Position numbers and translations under genes: made by a program. A DNA stretch of 64,000 nucleotides from contig ML992510.1 of NCBI GenBank assembly GCA_010093995.1, positions 1,027,132 to 1,091,131 of the forward strand, in the 5' to 3' direction. Positions 53,801-64,000 of the stretch are shown in pieces (the first letter of the stretch is position 1; each line of letters begins with the position of its first letter). Under the pieces are notes generated by a model. The model saw only the letters and a program-made list of their open reading frames with translations, made no database searches and was not told where the DNA came from. Source of the stretch: Elsinoe ampelina. Taxonomy: Eukaryota.

Positions 53801-56171
53801 AACCTCTAGTCTTCTCTATGAGGTTTTGCCTCTTCTATTTCTTATTTTAGTAAGGGAATAGACCTTATATAGGATCGACAGATTATAGTTTAAGTTAATA
53901 AGCTTCTTAAGGGTTATAACCTTATAAAGATCCCTTAGCTTCTTAATTCTAAGGTAAGCAAATCTCCTATGCTAGAGTTAGTACTCTATCTTAGAGTTAT
54001 TAGATCTTAAATTAATAAGATCCTTATGTTACTTATCCTAGGTTAGATATACATACTTAGTATATAATATAATTACTAGCTAAGTAGTAAGGAATGCTAT
54101 GTCCTAATTAGCTAGATCTAGAATTAAGCCGGGCTTAGATCTAGAATACAGCTTTTAATTAGCTTACTACTTAAAGAGGGATTAGATAATATATACCCCC
54201 CCTCGAATCCTAGCTTTAAGTAGTAGCTACTTTTATAAATTAAGAATAAGAAAAGAATTTAAATTAAGAACTCTAGAAACTCCTAAATCTATATATAGCT
54301 TATAATAGAAGACTAAATTAATACTAAGATTAGGTATATAAAGAGCTTATATCTTTATCTTATCTCCCTTCTTAGTCCTAATAACTATAGTTCCTATTAA
54401 CTATAACTAAAGGTAACCCCCCCTAACCTAGATCTATCAAGTATATATCTTACTTAATAGGCCTCTAAAGAGAGTTAGCTTATCTATTATATAGTTAGAT
54501 ACTCTAGAGTTAAGTATCTACTAATAATATAGAAGCTTACCTTATACCTCTAATGTAGAGCCTATAGTCTTAAGTTCCTCTTTACCTAATAGAACTTTAG
54601 GTAGTAGAGTTAAGATTAGAGAGGAAGGTTTAGACCGGCCTTTAGTAGTAGTAAAGGCTTTACCTTTCTTTAACTTAGATACTGCTTCTAGTCTATTAAC
54701 CTTCTTAGTAAGATGCCTAACAAGGGTAATTAGATTATTAGAAGCTAATAGAGATCTTCTTCTCCTTAGTAGGCTCTTAGTAATCCTATAGGAAGGCTAA
54801 ATATGCCTCTATACTCTTTAAAGTTAAGGGCATCTAGTTATAGTATAACTAGCCTATAAGCAGAGGATATATATATAGCTTATACTTCTACTAAGTCCTT
54901 AATTTAGTCTCCCCCTAGCAAATATAGTAATCTTATACTTACTAAGGCGTCTCTCTTTCTCCTTAAGAATAAGAAGGACCTTATCTATGTTAGTTAATCC
55001 CCTTACTTTAATTACTTACCTTGTAAACCTATAGTCGTTAGGAAGAGAAGAGAGAAGCTACTATAATCTCTCTACTACTCTCTAATAACCCTTATCTAGG
55101 TAGATAATAGTAATCTATCTTCCTAGGCTAGTAAGGTAGGACTAAGCTTTATTAATAGTGTCTTGCTTATCTATCTTATAGTTTATAAATTAGATAACTA
55201 GCTCTCTTACACTTGCTTTAAGGTTTGTTTTATACTTAGACTTAAGTAATCTCTAATACTCTAATGTAAGCTCTTCCTTATATAGTAACTCTTTGTTATT
55301 TTATAAGATACACTAGACAACCTAGTACTTAGTAGTTATATTAGCCTTTTGCTAGTCCTTTAACTTAATAGGTAGGACTAAAAAGGAGCTAGAGGTATTA
55401 TCAGATAATAGTATTACTAAAGGGGTAGTCTAACTACGAATAGTCTAGAAGGCATTCTTACTTATAAGGTACATTTCTATCTAGTAGAACTATTCCCTCT
55501 AGTTAAGTCTATTAAGCTTAATAACTAGTCTTCTTAAAGATAAGGACTAATCTTCTATAGTTAGGAATTAAGTTCTCTAAGGAGAAGAGAATCAAATAAA
55601 TAGATAAAGGTTAAGTTTAGTTAATAACCTCTAGTTAATAGTTGTCTATAAGGCTAGCTAGGCCTTAGAGGAAGTTAGTAAATTAAATATGTTTAGTTAA
55701 TCTAGCTAATAAACAGCAGCTATAGTAGAACAATTATAGGAGTTAAACCTATGCTAAATAGAAGTACTATTCCTACTTATTGTCCTAAGTAGTACAATCT
55801 TTTACGACTTATAGTATAGTCTACTAGGCTTACTAAAGGTATCTAGATAGTTAACTATAAGGCGGTAGAGATATTATAATTCCGCTTCTATTTTATTTAA
55901 GTAGTAGGCTAACTACTATATATATAATTCTATACTTATACTATAAGCTCTAGGCTTATAACCTATTAAGCAAAAGGCACGTTTAGGGGTAAAGTATTAT
56001 ATAGAACTAATCCGTACACTAGTTAGGTAATAGACGAGTTAATTAATTAAGGAGTCTATCTACCGAAAGAAAGAATAGCTATAAATCCCTAGGACTTAGC
56101 ATTATATAACCTATAGTTATATAACCTTCGGGCCTTAGTCTAATTATCTAGAGAGAGCTATATTCTTAATA
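50841..56171 (-). mobile_element. Full-length Ty1/Copia element G, 5331 bp, same lineage as D
   Basis: 208-bp LTRs at 50841-51048 and 55964-56171. Perfect TSD GTATT. GYSD.DYA RNase H motif near 51580-51603. Reverse-complement similarity to D. Confidence 0.95.
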
Positions 56172-56700
56172 GTATTTATATTATAAAGAATAGTAGAGTT
56201 TACTAACTAGAAGAGAATTACAAGACTAATTCTATAGGAGAGAGAGAAAGTTTATCTCCTTAGTAAAAACATTAAAACGAAACAACCGAGTAAGAAACTT
56301 AATTATACTAAACTAGAACTCTTTAAGATCCTAGAAAAGAAAAACAAGAACGTATATAAACTAGAACTACTAAGACATATAAGGATTTATCTAGTCTTTT
56401 ATATATTACTACTAGAGAAAGCACTATAGAATACTATACCTAGACCTATCGAACTAGAGGAAGAAACATAGGAGCTATAGTATAAGATAGAAAGAGTTTT
56501 ACATTATAAACTTATAAAAGAAAAACGCTACTATCTTATTTACTAGAAGAGACATTAGTATAGTAAAGTAATATAGGAACTAGAGGAGCACCTTACCTCG
56601 TAAGCAATTCTAGATTACTAGATTAAGAACCTATCCTAAGTAAACCGACTAGACGGACCTAGTACTCGAAATACTAAATAAAAATAAGAACGCCTAAGGA
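56172..56700 (+). pseudogene. End of F pol (integrase C-terminus and chromodomain)
   Basis: IYLVFYILLLEK (RIP-mutated IHPVFHVSLLE) and YYLIY*K..*EL.EHL motifs. Confidence 0.85.
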
Positions 56701-56707
56701 AGATTAC

Positions 56708-57256
56708 TTAACTAATAGAAGTACCTTAATCGTTGCTAAGTAAGGAACTCTAATTAGAGTCGGGCATAAATAACTACTAGTCCTATAGTAGGACAGGATC
56801 TACTAATAATAGTATTTCCTTCTACTCTAAGACTTAAATACAAGTCTCTTCTAGAGAGATTACTTTCTCTACCTTATCCTCTAACTTTTATATCTCTTTA
56901 TATAGGCAAAGCTTATTACCTATAGCTCTTTAATAAGCCTCTTTTGCCTTTTTATAAGCTTCTTTAGCTTCTCTTCTAGTAGCCTTAGCTATAACTAATT
57001 CCTTTTATAAACGAATATACTTAGACTAAAGACGCTACTATTTCGATTTTGTTACCTAAATATTATAACCTAAGTAGTTACTTACGATATACTAGCTATA
57101 GATACTTAACTAAATATAGACCTTATAGTCTAGCCCCTTCGATTTGCAACAAGAATAAGCCTATAGTATATTAGTTCTAAATAGTTTAATAAACTCCGAG
57201 AGATTCTTTCGTATAGATATACTAGATTCGCTATACCTTTAATAACTAGGAGATAT
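56708..57256 (-). pseudogene. Antisense accessory gene of F, ~180 codons: canonical Zn2Cys6 spacing followed by a coiled coil
   Basis: Cx2C-x6-C-x8-Cx2C-x7-C at 57065-57157 (second Cys still TGC, the others TAT), followed by an E/K/A/R-rich helical stretch. No intron is needed. Confidence 0.75.
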
Positions 57257-57913
57257 ATTTAGTATATAGCGTATAAGGATAAGGAAGAATATTTACTTAT
57301 TAGAATAACTTAATTAAAGAAGAAGAGTAATATTATAAACTAGTAGGACAGCTAGAATATAAGGACGTTAGGACTAATTAAGCTACTAAGATTATTACGT
57401 AACCTAGCCCGACATTTACCTAGTTCTCTATCTTCTCTAGTAGCTCTACCTCTAAAACTATAAAGTACGTAGGTTACTAGCGGACGTATACTCTATATTA
57501 CCTTCGACTCTCGCTACGAAGTATATAAAGCACATAGAGAACGCAATAGAGAACATATATATATAGAAATAGTCCTTACCTTATATAAGTACTATAGTTA
57601 ACCTCGTCTAGATAGCGAACACTAGTATTACTAAGGCTAGCCTTTATAATACTATCTAATTGTACTTTATTATCTATAAGATATACCTTCTCCGACTCTT
57701 ACCTTAGTGCTATACTACTATAGAAGTAGAACTACCTCGTTCCTAGCTTAGCTTAGACTACTAGTGTAGGCTATGTTTAGACAGTTCGTAACATAGTTTA
57801 TTATTAATATCTCTATCTCTACTACTAGAAGTTCTATCTAGGGATAAAGAGCTTAAAACTATAGGTTCTATATTAGAGGTTTAAGGTAAGCTTCTATATT
57901 ATTAGTAGATACT

Positions 57914-58373
57914 NNNNNNNNNNNNNNNNNNNNNNNNNNNNNNNNNNNNNNNNNNNNNNNNNNNNNNNNNNNNNNNNNNNNNNNNNNNNNNNNNNNNNNN
58001 NNNNNNNNNNNNNNNNNNNNNNNNNNNNNNNNNNNNNNNNNNNNNNNNNNNNNNNNNNNNNNNNNNNNNNNNNNNNNNNNNNNNNNNNNNNNNNNNNNNN
58101 NNNNNNNNNNNNNNNNNNNNNNNNNNNNNNNNNNNNNNNNNNNNNNNNNNNNNNNNNNNNNNNNNNNNNNNNNNNNNNNNNNNNNNNNNNNNNNNNNNNN
58201 NNNNNNNNNNNNNNNNNNNNNNNNNNNNNNNNNNNNNNNNNNNNNNNNNNNNNNNNNNNNNNNNNNNNNNNNNNNNNNNNNNNNNNNNNNNNNNNNNNNN
58301 NNNNNNNNNNNNNNNNNNNNNNNNNNNNNNNNNNNNNNNNNNNNNNNNNNNNNNNNNNNNNNNNNNNNNNNNN
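57914..58373. other. Assembly gap (460 N)
   Basis: N run inside Copia-D. Confidence 1.
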
Positions 58374-61170
58374 CTATTCTATATAAGGTCTATTCCCTTA
58401 CTAAGATAAGAAACAGAAGAGGTAAAACCTTATAGAGAAGACTAGAGGTTCTTTAGCTTATCTATACTAACATCTATAGCCTAATTAAAGTAAGTAAAGA
58501 AGGATTTAGATACTGCTAAGAGCTTATAGATAGCTACTTAAGAATAACATAGATTAGTTTACTTAAGACAAGAGATAAAGCTCTAAAAAGGCTTATTAAG
58601 TAGAAGCTAAGAGTTAAGAAGGAAAGTAATACTAAGGTTAAGGTTACTAGATTAGATAATACTAGTAAACTTAATAAGATCCTAAAGTAGTAGAAGCGCT
58701 AAGAAGGTATCTATTATATAACTACTAAGCTATATAATTTAATCTAGAATAGACTAGTAAAGAAAGGTATCTAAACCTTAGAGAATAGTATAAGAGCAAT
58801 GCTTAAGAACTTAAAGATACTAAATAAGTTCTAGCCTAAAGTAGTTTAGGTAGATATATATCTAAGAAACAGAACAGTAACTAGACCTATAATTAATAAT
58901 AAGCAAGTTACACCTATTAAGGCCTATATAGGTATTAAGCTATCTATTAATTATATTAGAGTCTAGAGCTATAAGGTATATACCTATATAAATCTAAAGT
59001 CCTTTCTAGTTTATAGAAGAAAAGACAAGCTTATAGATAGAGGAAGAGTAGGAGTATTCCTTAGCTATATAGATAGAACTAATAGGATGTATAAGATATA
59101 GACACCTAATAGAAAGGTAGTAATTGTGTTACTAAATATTAAATTCTCTAAGTTTAAGAAAGGTAGTAATATTAATCTTAGTATTAAGATTAACACTACA
59201 AATAATTAGGCACTAGTTAGGAGACTAGTTAGTAGGCTAACCTAGAATCGAACCCGGTTTAGTTCTAGGATAGACTAATTAAATTAGCCTACTTAGATAG
59301 AAGTACCTATAGAGAGAATCTTCTTACATATTAAGATCCTAAGGGTTAACTCTATTAACCTTATAGATTTCTAACATAGAGAAGAGCTAATAGTCTAATC
59401 TTTACTAACTAATTATATAGGTTAATTACTTAAAAGATTAAGAGATAAGAACTCTAATAATAAGTAGCCCGAGGCTAAGTATTATAGAGCCTTTATTACT
59501 AAGTATATTAATTAGTAAGATAAGATTAATAAGATTACTATAATAGCCTTTGTTAAGTAATATATCCTAATCCTAAGGGACTATAATAAGGCTATTACTA
59601 ATTTAGTATAGGGAAGCAAATAGTAGAAAGCAATTAATATAGAACTTAATACTCTATACTTAAATAATATATAGGAAGAGGTTATTCCTCTAAAGAGATC
59701 TAACTTAGTAACATCTAAATAGGTCTTTAGTATTAAGTACAACATAGATAGCTCTATTAAATAGTTTAAGGCTAGACTAGTTACTAGAGGCTTCTTATAG
59801 AAGTATAGTATTAACTACAAAGACATATTTACACTAATAGTTAAAGTAGACACACTTAGGCTATTCTTCGCTATTGTTTATATACGCGACCTTAAGTGTT
59901 ACTAGGTAGATGTTAATAACGCCTTTATAGAGTTCTTTCTCTATAAAAGGATTTATATAAAGCTACTACCTAGCCTAAAGATTAGTTCTAGAATTGCCTT
60001 CCGGATTCTAAGGAGCTTATATAGACTTAAGTAAGCTACTAGAGATTAGAATTAGCACTATATCTCTAAGCTATTAAAGCTAGGCTTTACTTAGAGCAAA
60101 GTAGATCTCTATCTTCTTATTTACTATAACAAGAAGATTATTCTCTTAGTTTATATTAATAATATACTATTTATAGCATAAAGCAAGGAGAATATCTAGT
60201 AGTTTAAGTAAGAACTTAGTAAGATCTTTAAGATTAAAGATCTTAGCGAGGTTAATAAAGTTCTTAGAGTTAAGGTTATAAGGGATAAATAATAAGGCAC
60301 CTTAAGACTTAATTAAACCTACTATATAGATAATATACTATAGAGGCTTAATATAACCTCTAACAAGGTTACTCTAATAAAGTAGCTAATAGATAATAAA
60401 CTTCCTTAAAGAGCTTAGGAAGATAATATAAGGTTTAGTAGAAGTAAGTACTTATATACTATTAGAAGCTAGATGTACCTTAGTACTCTAATAAGGCTAG
60501 ATACTACCTTTGCCTTAGGAAGGCTAAGTTAGTTTATAGCAGATCTAATAGACAGTTATACTATTAAGATAAAGAAGATATTAAGATATATTAGATTAAC
60601 TAAAGATCTTAGCATCGTATTTAGGAGGAATAGAAATAAGACTCTTAAGAGATACTCTAATTTAGACTATGCCTTAGACAAGTTAGATAGAGTCTCTATC
60701 CTTAGATATGTCTTTATGCTTATAGGTAGTCCTATTAGCTAGATAAGTAAGAAGTAGAAGTCTATTTTAACCTCTACTATAGAGGCTAAATATATAGTAA
60801 TATACTCTTATATAAAGAGATTATAGTTCCTATCTTAGTTACTAAGAGACATAGGCTATTATAAGATAGTTAGGCGATTACTATAGAGGCTAACTATAAA
60901 GGAATCTTAGAAAGCAATAATAAGATTACCCTTTACTACTAGGATTAATAGTAATAACTAAGTAGCTCTTTTACTCGTAAAAGAGCTATACACTTATAAA
61001 AGAGCAAAGTATATTAATGTCGCTTACTACTACGTTAGGAGGCTATAGAGGGACTAGAGGATTTAAGTAGAGTTTATAAGGATAGTAGACATAGTAGCTA
61101 ATAGGTTAACTAAGCTATTATAAGGTTAGATCTTTACAAGGTTTATAAAGTAACTTAGCTTATTATTAAC
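58374..61170 (+). pseudogene. pol of Copia-D (integrase, RT, RNase H)
   Basis: FKARLV(T)RGF near 59765, VDVNNAF near 59905, YINN (YVDD) near 60152, K(Y/H)INVAYY near 61007. Confidence 0.9.
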
Positions 61171-61405
61171 CTAATAGCTTATCTATAGGAGCTAAGTAGG
61201 AGTATTAAGAATATAGCTCTCTCTAGATAATTAGGCTATAAAGTTATATAACCTTAAGTTATATAATGCTAAGGCCTAGAGATTTATAGCTGTTCTTTCT
61301 TCTAGTAGATAGACTTCTTTTAATTAATTAACTCGTCTATTACCTAACTAGTGTACGATTAGTTCTATATAATATTCTACCCCTAAACGTGCCTTCCGCT
61401 TAATA

Positions 61406-63200
61406 ATATCTATAATACAGAAGATAGTAAGAGCGTTTAGGTTACTAGAGATAGTAGTAGTAAGAGAAATACTATAAGTAACTTACTCTATTAGAATACT
61501 ATTATAAGCCTAAAGCTAAATAGGGCTAGCTAACGCTACGGGGTAGCTAAAGCTCTTTAGCTTATTAAGGACGTTATAATTAACTACGGCGCTAATAAGC
61601 GTACTAGTGTTAATAAAGACTTAAAGTATAATAGTACGTAAGTAGTTATAAGAGTTATAAATAGTAATAGGAGTTATAATAGCGAGGATATAGTAGCTAA
61701 TAACACTATTTAGTAACTATATACCTTCGAATCTATCTCGAATTACTCTTATTCTACTAGAGAATAGAACTTATTCTCTAGCTACTTATTTCTCTAGCTA
61801 GAGAGACTAGTAGGCTTATAGTCTATTTCGGAGTTAAACTAAGGCTAAACTAGATCTAGTTTATAAGCCGAACTAGTATTAACTTAGTTACTTAACTTAG
61901 CTAATTAATTCTAGAGCTACTATATTTCTTCTATAGCGCTAATATATATAGGGCATATTATAGTATAGGCTACCTTCTCGGAAGTGCTAGCTATATATTT
62001 AGTAGAGATATAGCTAGGCTTACCGCACGTGTAGTAGGTAAGTGTCTAAGTTAAATAGAAAGGCTATAGAGCACCTCTAGTAATAGAGTAGAAGGTAGGT
62101 AGAGCTATAGACATAGAGGTAAAATAAGATATATAAGTAGGTATAGTAGTAGTATAGCTTATAGCTAGTATAGAATATAAAGCCTAAGTGTACTTAGTAA
62201 TAAGGTTATTCTATTAGATGTTATAGTTAGTAGCGTAGGCCTTAGTAATAAAGGTAGTAAAGTTATTAGTATTATAGTTAACTAGAGCATTATATAGCTT
62301 ATTAGATATCTTCTAATAGATCTAGTATAGCTACTTCTCTTTAGTAATCTTAGCGTAAAGAGCGTACTTATTAAACTTACTAATAAAGGAGTTAAATATA
62401 CTATTATACTAGAAGAGGTTAGCGAACTAAGTACGTATAGTAGCTCTATAGTTAGGATCTTTAAAGCGCTAGGCTAGAAGAGTAAAAACCTCTTCGACGC
62501 TAATAACGTTATTACTAGCTAAGTCTATAATAAGGGTATAGGCTTCTCTAGAGAGGTATAAGTATAGATAGGCAAACTAGGTGTCTCTTATAGAGAAATA
62601 ATCTATATTAGTATATATCTTATTCCTTATCTAGTACTTAAAGATCTTAAACTACTCCGGTGTACCTATACTAAAGATAGTAGAGTCTAGTATCTTTTCT
62701 AATAAGGTAGAGCTACGTATAGAAAGGGCTAGTATACTATACTCTATCTCGTCTCTTAGTTAGTTTACTTTAGCCTTAAGCTTTTAGATTTTGTCTAGGT
62801 AGTAAGTAGCTTAGGTAGTAACGCTATTAGTATAGAACTAAGATATATCTAGTTCGAATTAGAGGTTACTAAGCTAGGCCTAAGTAGTATCTAACTTATA
62901 GTAATAGTAGAGAGCGTTAGTATAAGTGTCTTTTACCTACGTAGTCTACTTATTATAGGAGAACTTAATATAGTTAAATACGTCTCTTAGTGCCTATATA
63001 CTATACTCTTTCTATAGCTTCTTAAAGAGTATAGCGTTAAAGAGAGTAAAAAGATTATAGTAGAGAGAGTAGATAGAGGCGTTATTATTATTAGAGATAG
63101 GTTAAGGTAGCTTACTTTAGTAGTGCTCTTTATTACTATAGTTAAATCGAGCTATACTTAGCGTAGTTAGTTATAAATACAATAGTAGAAAAAGTTAATA
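61406..63200 (-). pseudogene. gag and protease of C2
   Basis: Collinear with C1 segments 12265-13396, 27335-27872 and 34563-34700. ALINTSA (ALIDTGA-like) motif near 61600. Confidence 0.8.
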
Positions 63201-63688
63201 TGTAATAAAGGAAATATTTAAAAATTTAGCTAGTAGCTTACTTTCTTTAGGAGTCGTCTATAACTTAACTTATTACCTTCTTCTTATATCTTTAGGGTTT
63301 ATAGTATTAACCTATATAGTAGTAGCGAAGATCTATTATAGTATACGTAGGAACTATAGTTATAATAGCTTCTTCTTTAATTCTTTATAAGTAGGTAGTT
63401 ATTAATAGTTACGTAAGTAGTAGAATAACTAGATAATTTAATAGCTCTATTGCTTAGTCGCGGTCGTTTAGAAGTCTTAATATAGTAATTACAACTAGTA
63501 AGATAAGAAGTTAATTACGTCTATTTATTAAAATATCGAGACTTAGAAAAAGAAGAAGAAAACTAGTATATAAAGTATATATAATATCGAGGGTAAAGCG
63601 GCTAGAAGCCTAGGCTATAATACTAAGATTACGTAACTAATCTAAACTAGATTCTAACTAAATCTAGTTTATAATCTATCTTATATTA

Positions 63689-64000
63689 GTAATAGAGTAT
63701 CGAAGTTATATTAACTCTAGATATAGAGTCTTTAAACCTTCTTTTTTTCTTATTTTTATTATTCTAGAATTTCTAGTTACCTCTCTTTAGCTTATCTACG
63801 AAGTAGTAAGAGATATATATTATCTTAGAGATAGCTTAGCTCTTAAATATACTCTTAATATAAGTAAAGTAGAAGATAGTCTTATCTTTACTCCTTAGAA
63901 AGTCTTAGAGCGCTATATAGCTCTATTAATATATAGGCTTTACGCCGTTAATAAGATAGCTTATAAACTAAGCCTTATCTATAGTAGTATTACTAATTTC
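63689..64000 (-). mobile_element. Continuation of basal Gypsy H (probably gag), cut by window edge
   Basis: Follows the TSD GTAAT that pairs with 39866-39870. Confidence 0.7.

Larger units (their letters stand above)
45440..57793 (+). mobile_element. Gypsy family F, interrupted in integrase by Copia-G
   Basis: 463-bp LTRs at 45440-45902 and 57331-57793, with terminal inverted repeat TATTACGAAC..GTTCGTAACA. Perfect TSD TAGTT. Confidence 0.95.
43860..61405 (+). mobile_element. Ty1/Copia element D, interrupted by Gypsy-F
   Basis: 203-bp LTRs at 43860-44062 and 61203-61405. Perfect TSD ATATC. PBS GGTTATAAGCCC. Domain order IN-RT-RH. Confidence 0.95.
39871..63688 (-). mobile_element. Gypsy family C copy C2, complete, interrupted by Copia-D
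   Basis: 203-bp LTRs at 39871-40073 and 63486-63688. TSD GTAAT at 39866-39870 and 63689-63693. Minus-strand purine tract next to 40074. Confidence 0.95.

Noticed and set aside
1..64000. Dense in-frame TAG/TAA suggesting an alternative genetic code
   Set aside because: Stops fall at Trp/Gln/Arg positions, differ between copies and come with window-wide CpA/TpG loss, all explained by RIP.
1..64000. CRISPR-like arrays, tRNA/rRNA genes, telomeric repeats or intact host genes
   Set aside because: None seen. All long repeats are LTRs or element copies.
1..64000. Assigning a species or named transposon families
   Set aside because: This cannot be supported without a database search.

Overview
This window is an AT-rich, repeat-only block from a filamentous ascomycete (inferred), heavily mutated by repeat-induced point mutation (RIP): TpA is in excess, CpA/TpG is depleted, and every ORF is broken by TAA/TAG. 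It holds no intact host gene. I resolved it into nested LTR retrotransposons (family labels are mine), with LTR pairs and 5-bp target-site duplications (TSDs) for every element whose two ends are in the window. An old minus-strand Gypsy (H) holds two Gypsy-C copies. C1 holds Gypsy-A' (plus probably A''), Gypsy-E, Gypsy-B1 (which holds Gypsy-A) and Gypsy-B2. C2 holds Copia-D, which holds Gypsy-F, which holds Copia-G. Main observation: four different Gypsy families (E, A, B, F) each carry an antisense accessory gene between pol and the 3' LTR. After reversing RIP, each encodes an N-terminal six-cysteine Zn2Cys6 (GAL4-like) cluster, and three of the four contain short spliceosomal introns whose removal restores the frame. 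The Gypsy families also show Tf1-type self-priming complementarity, while the Copia elements use a half-tRNAiMet-type primer-binding site (PBS). Protein calls come from manual de-RIP translation, and internal domain boundaries are approximate. There are three assembly gaps.
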